This document shows positions 18,449 to 26,226 of a stretch of DNA of 64,000 bases, piece by piece; position 1 is the first letter of the stretch; every line of letters begins with the position of its first letter. Source of the stretch: a bacterium (lineage in GTDB: Bacteria > Fibrobacterota > Fibrobacteria > UBA11236). The DNA lies in the NCBI GenBank assembly GCA_900299345.1, contig OMJM01000062.1, positions 80,788 through 144,787 of the forward strand, written 5' to 3'. The notes under the pieces were generated by a model. It was not told the DNA's origin and did no database searches. It saw only the letters and a program-made list of their open reading frames with translations. The position numbers and the translations under genes were made by a program.

Positions 18449-18930
18449 AGCAATTTCTCCGCTGTCACCACGGCGAAAGCCTGAATCCCCAGACCTTTTC
18501 CAAAATCGGTAAGCCCTTCGCCCGAGGTTGCCGTGATGCCGATGCCGTCCACGGTGAGGCCCAGCAATGCCGCGAGGTTGGCGCGAAGCGTCGAAAGCAT
18601 GGGCAGAATCTTCGGCCGTTTGCACTCCACCGAAACCGAAACATGCGAGATATGATAACCGATGGCGGAAAGATCCGTCATGGCCAGACGCAGATACACC
18701 GTGCTGTCCGTGACACCGGATTTACACAAACCATCCGCCACCGGGCCGAGGATCGGTTTTCCCGTGATCCCGGAAACGGCATTCGTGATGGCATGCAGAA
18801 TCACATCGGAATCGCTGTTGCCTTCCAGTGCAAAGGCTTCGTCGAAGAGTACCCCGCCAAGTAGCAACGGCCGGTCGTTGGCGGGTTCTTGAATGCGATG
18901 ACTGTCCTGTCCGATTCCCGTCTTAATCAT
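18445..18930 (-). CDS. ispF: 2-C-methyl-D-erythritol 2,4-cyclodiphosphate synthase
   Basis: GIGQDSHR near the N-terminus and the HAITNA (family HAxxDA) motif. 161 aa. Confidence 0.9.
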   Translation of the reverse strand: MIKTGIGQDSHRIQEPANDRPLLLGGVLFDEAFALEGNSDSDVILHAITNAVSGITGKPILGPVADGLCKSGVTDSTVYLRLAMTDLSAIGYHISHVSVSVECKRPKILPMLSTLRANLAALLGLTVDGIGITATSGEGLTDFGKGLGIQAFAVVTAEKLL

Positions 18931-19624
18931 CGAGCGTCACCTTTCCAGATTCGAGCCGCGCCGCGACCCACTCCGCCCATTCCCAATCCTCGGGTTCCGT
19001 GATCTTGCGGCTGAGAAAACTCCCGGTCACCCATCCCACATGAAACCCTGCGGCCTCGGCGATCTGCGCCTCGTCGGTGGGTTTAGAATCGGAGGACAGT
19101 CCGCGCTCGTACACCGTTTTCAGCATCGTTCGCGGAAAGCATTGCGGCGTTTGCACCAGCACCAACCGGTTGCGATCCAAGGTACGCGCCACCTTGGATC
19201 CGCCGACTTCCTTCACGGTATCCGATGCGGGAAGCGCGGCGATCACGGCCATGTCATCCTTCATCGCTTCCACACATTTGCGGATCACACTTCGCGGAGT
19301 AAAAGGACGCGCCACGTCATGGATCAAAACGGTATCCACTGAAGCAGGCAACGCTTCGACTCCGTTGCGTACGGAGAGCCAGCGATCCACACCGCCGATA
19401 ACGAGGTTCAGTTTCGGAAAATCGGGAAGCAGTCCTTCCCCATCCTGAATGAATTCCTGCGGAAGCACCAGCACCACGGATTCCACACCGGGAAAATCGT
19501 GGAAGGTTTCCACGGGGTAGCGCAACAACGGACGACCGGGTCGCACTTCGAGAAACTGCTTGGGCAGCGGTCCGCCGAAGCGGGTGCCGGAACCTCCGGC
19601 AGGCAGCACGACCCCGATGCCCAC
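18923..19624 (-). CDS. ispD: 2-C-methyl-D-erythritol 4-phosphate cytidylyltransferase
   Basis: N-terminus VVLPAGGSGTRFG. 233 aa. Overlaps ispF by 8 nt. Confidence 0.9.
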   Translation of the reverse strand: MGIGVVLPAGGSGTRFGGPLPKQFLEVRPGRPLLRYPVETFHDFPGVESVVLVLPQEFIQDGEGLLPDFPKLNLVIGGVDRWLSVRNGVEALPASVDTVLIHDVARPFTPRSVIRKCVEAMKDDMAVIAALPASDTVKEVGGSKVARTLDRNRLVLVQTPQCFPRTMLKTVYERGLSSDSKPTDEAQIAEAAGFHVGWVTGSFLSRKITEPEDWEWAEWVAARLESGKVTLDD

Positions 19625-19633
19625 GTTCTTCTC

Positions 19634-20893
19634 CTAGATGCGCACCGGGTTCTTCTTGCCGAGGATCAGGCCGCGCATTTTCATCGGCAATCCGAGACAG
19701 CGAATGAAACCCTTCGCATCCTGCTGGTTGTAGGTGTCCACGTCGCTGAAACCACCCAAACCCGGATCGTACAACGAGAACGGGCTTTCCATGCCGGCCA
19801 ATGTCGCATTGCCCTTGTAGAGCTTCAGCTTCACGGAACCGGTAACGACTTCCTGCGTCTTGTCCACGAACGAGTCGAGCGACTGGCGCAACGGCGTGAA
19901 CCACAGACCATCGTACACCATCTGGGCGTATTTCTGCGCCACCACCTGCTTGTAGGTCAGCGTGTCGCGATCAAGCACCAACTGCTCGAGGAATTCATGC
20001 GCACGATACAGGAGGAAGCCGCCGGGGGTTTCATACACGCCGCGCGACTTCATCCCCACAAGGCGGTTCTCCACCATGTCCACGAGTCCGCAGCCGTGCT
20101 TGCCGCCCAACGCATTGAGCGCTTCGAGCAAAGACACCGCGTCCTTTTTCTTCCCATTGACGCCGACAGGAATTCCCTTGTTGAACTCAATGGTCACATA
20201 CTCCGGCTTGTTGGGCGCCTTCTCCGGCGTGGCCGTGAGCTTCAACATGTCGTAGGTGTTTTCCTTTTCCGGATATTCCAGAATGCCGCCCTCATGCGAG
20301 AGGTGCCAGAGATTTCCGTCCTCGCTGTAGATCTTCTTCTTGGAAACCGTCAGCGGAATCTTGCGCTTCTGCGCGTACTCGATGGCATCCTCGCGCGAAT
20401 GAATGTTCCACTTGGGATCCTTCCACGGCGCAATGATCTGCAAATGCGGATTCATGGCCATGTAGGTCAGCTCGAAGCGGACCTGATCGTTTCCCTTGCC
20501 GGTGGCGCCGTGCGACACTGCGGTCGCACCCTCTTTCTCGGCAATCAGCACCTGATGCTTGGCGATCAACGGCCGTGCCATGGAGGTGCCGAGCAAATAC
20601 TGCCCTTCGTAGCGCGCGCCCGCCTTGAGCACGGGCCACACGTATTCCTCGAGGAACTCCTTGCGCAGATCGCTCACATAGCACTTGACCGCTCCCGTGG
20701 CCAGCGCTTTTTTCTTCAGCGGATCCACCTCCACCGCGCCCTGCCCGACGTCGGCGGCGAAGGCGATCACCTCGGCGTCGTAGTTTTCCACAAGCCAGGG
20801 AATGATAACCGAGGTATCCAATCCACCCGAATACGCGAGCACCACCTTGAGTTTTTTGCTTTTGCTGCCTGCGCTCTTCCGCTTCGATGCCAT
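19634..20893 (-). CDS. argG: argininosuccinate synthase
   Basis: [11 protein letters not shown]-loop, 419 aa, typical ArgG motifs throughout. Confidence 0.92.
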   Translation of the reverse strand: MASKRKSAGSKSKKLKVVLAYSGGLDTSVIIPWLVENYDAEVIAFAADVGQGAVEVDPLKKKALATGAVKCYVSDLRKEFLEEYVWPVLKAGARYEGQYLLGTSMARPLIAKHQVLIAEKEGATAVSHGATGKGNDQVRFELTYMAMNPHLQIIAPWKDPKWNIHSREDAIEYAQKRKIPLTVSKKKIYSEDGNLWHLSHEGGILEYPEKENTYDMLKLTATPEKAPNKPEYVTIEFNKGIPVGVNGKKKDAVSLLEALNALGGKHGCGLVDMVENRLVGMKSRGVYETPGGFLLYRAHEFLEQLVLDRDTLTYKQVVAQKYAQMVYDGLWFTPLRQSLDSFVDKTQEVVTGSVKLKLYKGNATLAGMESPFSLYDPGLGGFSDVDTYNQQDAKGFIRCLGLPMKMRGLILGKKNPVRI

Positions 20894-20951
20894 GTCCCGA
20901 AACTCCTCTTTCCTTTGGAGGGTAAAATGTAGTAGAGTCTACTTTTCTCTC

Positions 20952-21578
20952 ATGCGTTTTCTGCCCGGCCATTTCCCGCTTTATTTCGTCACCGACCACA
21001 ACCTGTACTCGGGGCGATCCAAGCTCGAAGTCATCGCGTCAGCCCTGCGCGGTGGCATAAAACTGGTTCAATACCGGGACAAGGTATTGCCGAACGACGC
21101 CTTTGAGGCTGAAGCCCTCAACGCCCTGGAATTGTGCCGGAAACACGGAGCAACCTTGATCGTCAACGATCGCGTCCACATCGCGAAAAAAATCGGCGCA
21201 GATGGAGTCCATTTGGGACAAGAAGATATGGACCCGGTGGAAGCGCGAAACATTCTGGGGCCGGACGCAATCCTCGGACTTTCAACGCACAACGAGCCGG
21301 AAGTTCTCGCGGCAAAAGACCTTCCTCTCGATTACATCAACATCGGACCCATGTTTGCCACGGCAACCAAGGAGCATCTGCATTTCCTTGGAACTGATGA
21401 AGTGCTGCGCCTCGCGAAACTCACACCATTTCGGTGGACGACCATGGGCGGGATCAAACAGCGTCACCTCCTCGATCTCTTCGGACGTGGCATCCATACC
21501 GTGGCCATGGTGACGGAGATCAGCATGGCGGAGGATGTGGAGAAAACTGTTCAGGAACTTTTACTTGGAATCCGATAA
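20952..21578 (+). CDS. thiE: thiamine-phosphate synthase
   Basis: YFVTD...IKLVQYRDK...LIVNDRV...GADGVHLGQED motifs. Start at the internal ATG 20952; the ORF-track start would overlap argG. Confidence 0.85.
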   Translation: MRFLPGHFPLYFVTDHNLYSGRSKLEVIASALRGGIKLVQYRDKVLPNDAFEAEALNALELCRKHGATLIVNDRVHIAKKIGADGVHLGQEDMDPVEARNILGPDAILGLSTHNEPEVLAAKDLPLDYINIGPMFATATKEHLHFLGTDEVLRLAKLTPFRWTTMGGIKQRHLLDLFGRGIHTVAMVTEISMAEDVEKTVQELLLGIR

Positions 21579-21927
21579 GTTCATCATCCGCGTGGTTGAA
21601 GGCAAAGGCGAAGCCATCTTCGCCCATCGAGATCTCGCCATTGGTGAAACCATCGGTTGTTTTGAAGGTGTTCCGGTTGCCCATCCAACCAAGTATTCTC
21701 TCACACTAGATGGGGTAATAGTCGACCCTTCGGGATCCCTGAAATTCCTGAACCACTCGTGCACGGCAAACTCTTTCTTTTCCGGTCGTATCCTCAAGGC
21801 GGATCGCGATATTCCATCCGGCGAGGAGATCACCATCGACTATCTCGCCACGGAAAAGGAAATTTCCAATGGATTTTTATGTCGGTGCGGTTCCGATTAC
21901 TGTCGAGGAAGAATTGGGAACTTCTAA
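21535..21927 (+). CDS. SET-domain protein (putative protein-lysine methyltransferase)
   Basis: SET signatures: GKGEAIFAHRDLAIGETIG, NHSCTAN, EEITIDY, and a post-SET Cys cluster CRCGSDYCRG. An alternative TTG start at 21568 would shorten the overlap with thiE. Confidence 0.65.
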   Translation: MWRKLFRNFYLESDKFIIRVVEGKGEAIFAHRDLAIGETIGCFEGVPVAHPTKYSLTLDGVIVDPSGSLKFLNHSCTANSFFSGRILKADRDIPSGEEITIDYLATEKEISNGFLCRCGSDYCRGRIGNF

Positions 21928-21968
21928 ACGCCGGCCAAGCAGCCCGTAGGGCTGTATCGAGGCCAGCC

Positions 21969-22343
21969 CTAGATCAGCTTCTTGTATTCTGCTGCGCTCA
22001 TGAGCTCGCTGCCAGTGGCAGCATCCACGGCCACCTTGAGAATCCAGCCCTTGCCATAAGGATCCTGATTGATGACTCCGGCGTCTCCGGCCAGCGTGGC
22101 GTTGACTTCCGTCACCGTTCCCGCGACCGGGGCGTATAGCTCCGCCACCGTCTTCACAGCCTCGATGGTACCGAAGCTCTGCCCCGCTTCCACCTTCGCC
22201 CCGACCTTGGGTAACTCTACGAATACAATGTCGCCCAGCTCACGCTGCGCATGATCGGTCACCCCCACCGTGGCTATGCCGCCTTCAACGCGGGCCCATT
22301 CGTGATCCTTGGTGTATTGAAGTTCCTCGGGAACGAGAGACAT
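21969..22343 (-). CDS. gcvH: glycine cleavage system H protein
   Basis: Lipoyl-lysine motif region TIEAVKTVAELYAPVAG. 124 aa. Confidence 0.9.
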   Translation of the reverse strand: MSLVPEELQYTKDHEWARVEGGIATVGVTDHAQRELGDIVFVELPKVGAKVEAGQSFGTIEAVKTVAELYAPVAGTVTEVNATLAGDAGVINQDPYGKGWILKVAVDAATGSELMSAAEYKKLI

Positions 22344-22373
22344 GACGGCTCCTTGCTCTTTCTATGGAAAAAT

Positions 22374-23105
22374 TTAACGGCTTTCGAGTTTGCTCAACGT
22401 TTCGGACGCATCCTTCAGGTTGGAACGCATGCTTGCGGAACGCGTTCTTTCCTCGGAGCCGCTGCTGGCGTTGAAGAAGCCCTGAAAGTCACCAGCGGCG
22501 GAAACCAGCCGCGTCACTGCATTGCTTAACAAAGCGGCCTGCGATTCCAATCCGGACGGAGACTGCGCCGCAAACGCGGTTGCGCGCGATTTCAAACTCT
22601 TCGCATTCTCCAGATAGTCCCGGGCATTGTCCTGGATCCGGGTGTACTCGGCATCGCTCATCCTGCCCACCCGTTTGAAATCCACGGCTGACAAGTCCGA
22701 ATACAATTGCCGGGCGGCCGCGATGATTTCCCGAAATTCGGAACTTGACATGGCCTGGGCGGATCCGGAACCTTGCCCGCTTTCGGAGTACATCGCGCTT
22801 GAATCCTGAGGCGCCACGGCAAAAGTGGGAGGCAAATCCTGCGCCTGCTGGGGTGCAGCGGCCGGAACCCCTCCGGGCGTGGTAAGCATTTCCATCACAG
22901 ATTCCTTGGGAACAAAAAAACGGTAGGTCTGAAAACCGGCCACACCCAAACAGCTTACGGCAAGCACCAAACACGTGATGTATCGCCATCCCTTCTGGGC
23001 ATTGAGAGTGCCAATCACAGCAACCGCAGTGATGGCGTAAAAAAGGAGCAGAAAATGGAGCGATTCGGTGGTCACAAGTGCGGTCTTTCCGGCGATTCCT
23101 GACAA
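22374..23105 (-). CDS. hypothetical membrane protein (two N-terminal TM helices, low-complexity soluble C-terminal region)
   Basis: TTG start. TM segments LHFLLLFYAITAVAVIGTL and ITCLVLAVSCLGVAGF. No recognisable domain. Preferred over the overlapping alternative-frame ORF 22489..23160, which is R/C/G-rich. Confidence 0.5.
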   Translation of the reverse strand: MSGIAGKTALVTTESLHFLLLFYAITAVAVIGTLNAQKGWRYITCLVLAVSCLGVAGFQTYRFFVPKESVMEMLTTPGGVPAAAPQQAQDLPPTFAVAPQDSSAMYSESGQGSGSAQAMSSSEFREIIAAARQLYSDLSAVDFKRVGRMSDAEYTRIQDNARDYLENAKSLKSRATAFAAQSPSGLESQAALLSNAVTRLVSAAGDFQGFFNASSGSEERTRSASMRSNLKDASETLSKLESR

Positions 23106-23172
23106 GGAAAAGTGCCGGATAAAGCGTTTGGAATATAAGATTAGGGGTTTTCGGCTCCAAGCAAGGAGAGTA

Positions 23173-24507
23173 ATGCGCCCGGATTGGCAGGAACCGATAG
23201 CCGTGCTTGGCTACGGGGTGGAAGGAAAAAGCACTTTACGGCATCTGCAGCGCTGGAATTTCCACGATATCGTGGTTTTGGACAGCAAGGCACCCACGGA
23301 AGCACTGCCCGCCGGGGTCCAAGGTTTTTTCGGAGACAACTATTTGAAGGGCTTGCAGAAGGTCAAAACCGCGATCCGTTCTCCAGGATTGCGCCCCTTC
23401 TTTGTTCCCGAAATTGTCGAGTTTCAGAATTGCGGCGGCATTCTGACTTCACAGGTTGAAGCCGCTTTCGCCTTGGCAGGTCGGCAACGCGTCATCGGAG
23501 TTACGGGTACGTTGGGAAAAGGAACGTGCTGTTCCCTGTTGTCGGAGATGCTTTCCAAAGGCGGTGTCGCTCATCTGCTCGCCGGCAATATCGGTGTTCC
23601 TCCGCTGGACGCGGTGGAAAAAATGGGATCCAGGGACCGGCTCCTGCTGGAACTGAGCAGCTTTCAGCTTTCCACCTTGAATGAAAGTCCAGACATCGCC
23701 ATCACGTTGCGAACCACCAGCGAACACCTGGACTGGCATGCATCGCAACGGGAATACTGGGAACACAAGGCGAACCTGACGCAACATCAACAGGATGGCG
23801 ACCTCTGCGTGTACTTCGCGGATGCCGAAGGTTCGGCATGGATTGGATCACGCGGGTCCGGACGAAAAATTTCCGTGGGAAAAAATGGAACTGTCCGGAT
23901 TACGGAAGACTCTGTGGAATGGCCCGAGCGCGGGTTTCATTTGAAGTTGAGCGAAACGGGCTTGCGCGGCGCCTTTAATCTGGAAAACATTGCCGCCGCC
24001 GCCGCGGTCGCGCTTGAGTTAGGTGTTTCAACGGACGCGATAAGAACAGCTGCGCTTGATTTCTCGCCGCTGGAGCATCGGCTCGAATTCGTGCGCACGG
24101 TACAGGGTGTTTCCTATTACAACGACTCCTACGCCACGCGACCGGAGGCCTCGCTGGCGGCGGCACGGGCATTGCGTGACGCGCCGCTGGGAATCATTCT
24201 CGGTGGATCGGAAAAGTTCGCAGACTTTTCGGAACTCGCATCCGGGCTCTCCGGAGAATCTCATCTTCACGCCATAGCTTTGATTGGGCAGACCGCTCCC
24301 AGACTCGAAACAGAGCTGCGCAACGCGGGCGCTCTGCAAAGAAGATCGTATCGCGTTTGCGCCACACTTGAAGAGGCTCTGGAATTCCTGCGCTCCGTCA
24401 TACCTGCCGGCTCCATTCTGCTCTCCCCCGCCTGCGCTTCGTTCGGCCTGTTCATTAACTACAAGGAACGCGGCAAGGCCTTCAAACAACTGGTCTCAAA
24501 ACTTTAG
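23173..24507 (+). CDS. murD: UDP-N-acetylmuramoylalanine--D-glutamate ligase (Mur ligase family, MurD-like)
   Basis: IAVLGYGVEGKS N-terminal Rossmann domain, GVTGTLGKGT P-loop, LELSSFQL, and DWH. About 444 aa. Not embedded in a dcw cluster. Confidence 0.8.
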   Translation: MRPDWQEPIAVLGYGVEGKSTLRHLQRWNFHDIVVLDSKAPTEALPAGVQGFFGDNYLKGLQKVKTAIRSPGLRPFFVPEIVEFQNCGGILTSQVEAAFALAGRQRVIGVTGTLGKGTCCSLLSEMLSKGGVAHLLAGNIGVPPLDAVEKMGSRDRLLLELSSFQLSTLNESPDIAITLRTTSEHLDWHASQREYWEHKANLTQHQQDGDLCVYFADAEGSAWIGSRGSGRKISVGKNGTVRITEDSVEWPERGFHLKLSETGLRGAFNLENIAAAAAVALELGVSTDAIRTAALDFSPLEHRLEFVRTVQGVSYYNDSYATRPEASLAAARALRDAPLGIILGGSEKFADFSELASGLSGESHLHAIALIGQTAPRLETELRNAGALQRRSYRVCATLEEALEFLRSVIPAGSILLSPACASFGLFINYKERGKAFKQLVSKL

Positions 24508-24629
24508 GATCGTCCGGTTGACATTCTCCTGTTGACCAAAAGTCAATCGTTTTTTAGAAATTACAACGCATCGCAGCACCGTGGAAAATGTGTGTTTGAC
24601 GGGACCGGAATCGGTTCCAGGGAGATCGT

Positions 24630-24728
24630 ATGAATGAAAAATTCAGAATGATCGGTCTTGCCGTCGTTTTTGTGCTTGTGATCGTAAGCGCGGTTCTTCT
24701 GCTCGTGGAATTAATCACCAGCCACTAA
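24630..24728 (+). CDS. possible small hydrophobic peptide (32 aa, single TM)
   Basis: MNEKFRMIGLAVVFVLVIVSAVLLLVELITSH. Preceded by GGGAGA and TTGACA/TTGACC promoter-like elements. Its stop overlaps the stop of the convergent gene. Speculative. Confidence 0.25.
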   Translation: MNEKFRMIGLAVVFVLVIVSAVLLLVELITSH

Positions 24729-25588
24729 AAACCGGCTGGAAGTAACCCCGCACTGTTCCACGCGCGATAAACCGCCGCTCCCAAGTTTCCATCCACGCGC
24801 CCCGAATAGGCTCTTTTCCGCCTCAGTGCTTTCTGCAATCTCACAACCGAATCACCGCGGGAACCATAGCACAGTCTGGTTCCGGAGTGTTTTCCGGATA
24901 ATGCGTCCCAGACGTCAGTGGCGGGAAGCAGCAACAAAGGAAATTGCTTCTGCGGCACGGCATAAATCAAATCGTGAAAAACCTTCCACGCACCTTGATT
25001 AGGTTTGGAATCCGGCAGGCGCGGACAGAACGGAAGACCCGCGACCACCATGCAGCCTGAACTGCGGTAACCTGCGACCTGACCATCCATGTTCCATGCG
25101 CTGTGCAGGTTGTCGTAGGGGTTTCCGAAATACAATGGATCGCTCGAAGTGTATGGCGGGGCATGATGGCTTCGCCGGTAGAACCGATAGCCGGTTTGTC
25201 GCAAGGCCGCATGTCCCATGGGTTTTCCCTGCAAATGCTCGCCCTTATGGAGGTCTTCGTAGAAGCCCGGCTCCAGTTGATTGGTTCCCCGGCCCTTCAT
25301 GGGGCCTTTGCGTGCCGCCGCTTTAAGGACATTGTCCTTGTGCGGCACGGTGGAACCCTGTGCAGCAAACACTTTGTCTGTCTTTTGGTTCCAGAGGCCG
25401 AGGGTGCAACGGAGATGCTGGTAATCCGGTGTGATCAGCTGCAACTCCAGCGAGGATGACCACCCCTTGGCTTTTTTTATGGGGACCGCGCCCCGCAAGG
25501 CAAACAGGATGATTTCCGAATGAGGGATGGGCACATTCCAGATTTCAAAAATCCGGCGAAGGGCAACGCCGTTCAACGTCAATTTCAT
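24725..25588 (-). CDS. YkuD-like (L,D-transpeptidase-fold) protein with C-terminal peptidoglycan-binding domain
   Basis: His...Cys spacing H-x16-SSGC resembles the YkuD catalytic motif. The C-terminus GDSVVRLQKALRRKRAYSGRVDGNLGAAVYRAWNSAGL matches PG_binding_1. No obvious signal peptide. Confidence 0.5.
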   Translation of the reverse strand: MKLTLNGVALRRIFEIWNVPIPHSEIILFALRGAVPIKKAKGWSSSLELQLITPDYQHLRCTLGLWNQKTDKVFAAQGSTVPHKDNVLKAAARKGPMKGRGTNQLEPGFYEDLHKGEHLQGKPMGHAALRQTGYRFYRRSHHAPPYTSSDPLYFGNPYDNLHSAWNMDGQVAGYRSSGCMVVAGLPFCPRLPDSKPNQGAWKVFHDLIYAVPQKQFPLLLLPATDVWDALSGKHSGTRLCYGSRGDSVVRLQKALRRKRAYSGRVDGNLGAAVYRAWNSAGLLPAGF

Positions 25589-25753
25589 CGAACCGAATGT
25601 ATCAAAGTCGGACTGGGCGTTTCAGCCGTTGTTTCAAGATGCGTGCGAAAATTGCCGTAATCCGCCGGATTCATTGATTTCCAAGGCGGATTTGATTGGC
25701 ACCGGGCTTGCATTAAGGTTCTTCAAACAAACCACCCACAGGAGGAATCCATC

Positions 25754-26161
25754 ATGACAACTGCACTCATTCACCCCACCGCGTGGATCGACCGTTTCTT
25801 TGACGACTTCGATCGCGGTTACCCCGCTGCGCGGAGCAACTTCGCCCCGGCCGTGGATGTCGTCCAGGATCGCGACGCCTATGTGTTGCGCGCCGAGCTT
25901 CCGGGCGTGACCAAGGACAACATCAACGTCGAAGTCAAGGAGAACCGTCTGGTCCTGAGCGGCCGCAAGGAATCCACGACGCAAGGCGAGGAAGGCAAGT
26001 ACCGTTACGTGGAGTCGCGCTACGGTCAGTTCGTCCGCACCTTTGAGTTGCCCCGCAACGTCAAGTCCGACGCCATTGAAGCCCAGTACAAGGACGGAGT
26101 TCTCAACCTCCGCATCCCCAAAGCCGAGGAATCGAAACCCAAGGCTGTCGAGATCAAATAA
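25754..26161 (+). CDS. Hsp20/alpha-crystallin family small heat-shock protein
   Basis: Alpha-crystallin domain (VDVVQDRDAYVLRAELPGV...GVLNLRIPK). AGGAGG SD 9 nt upstream of the ATG. Confidence 0.9.
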   Translation: MTTALIHPTAWIDRFFDDFDRGYPAARSNFAPAVDVVQDRDAYVLRAELPGVTKDNINVEVKENRLVLSGRKESTTQGEEGKYRYVESRYGQFVRTFELPRNVKSDAIEAQYKDGVLNLRIPKAEESKPKAVEIK

Positions 26162-26175
26162 ACGTCTCGGAGAAA

Positions 26176-26210
26176 ACAAAAAAGCCCCGGCATTCGCCGG
26201 GGCTTTTTTC
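26176..26210. terminator. bidirectional Rho-independent terminator (AGCCCCGGC-ATTC-GCCGGGGCT + T-run)
   Basis: GC stem with an A-run and a T-run, between convergent genes. Confidence 0.8.
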
Positions 26211-26226
26211 ATGGAAATTTTTTCTC

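Noticed and set aside
19499-20932. 477-aa plus-strand ORF antisense to argG. The same applies to the other long antisense ORFs: 5179..6048, 9171..10370, 15268..16119, 35146..36624, 38419..39552, 50785..52269, 52611..53810 and 57450..58274.
   Set aside because: These are mirror-frame artefacts of high-GC DNA. They are R/G/H/A-rich with no domain signatures, and each fully overlaps a strongly supported gene on the other strand.
20894-20951. Possible riboswitches: TPP before thiE, glycine before gcvH, lysine before lysA, cobalamin before the B12-radical-SAM gene at 60216-60337
   Set aside because: The leader regions are only about 30-120 nt. They lack the conserved boxes (CUGAGA, B12 box, lysine or glycine cores) and are too short for these aptamers.
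22489-23160. 223-aa minus-strand ORF in an alternative frame over the hypothetical membrane protein gene
   Set aside because: It is Cys/Arg/Gly-rich and not protein-like. The 22374..23105 frame gives TM helices and ordinary composition.
24725-25588. T6SS Tlde1-like L,D-transpeptidase effector interpretation of the YkuD-like protein, with the 32-aa peptide as immunity
   Set aside because: There are no T6SS genes in the window. The peptide is not periplasmic-immunity-like. The evidence is limited to a motif resemblance.
25659-25692. 8-bp inverted repeat AATCCGCC-N18-GGCGGATT upstream of hsp20 as a heat-shock operator, together with a sigma-32-like promoter
   Set aside because: The arms are short and the spacer is unusual. 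There is no CIRCE (TTAGCACTC-N9-GAGTGCTAA) or clear RpoH consensus, which is too weak to call.
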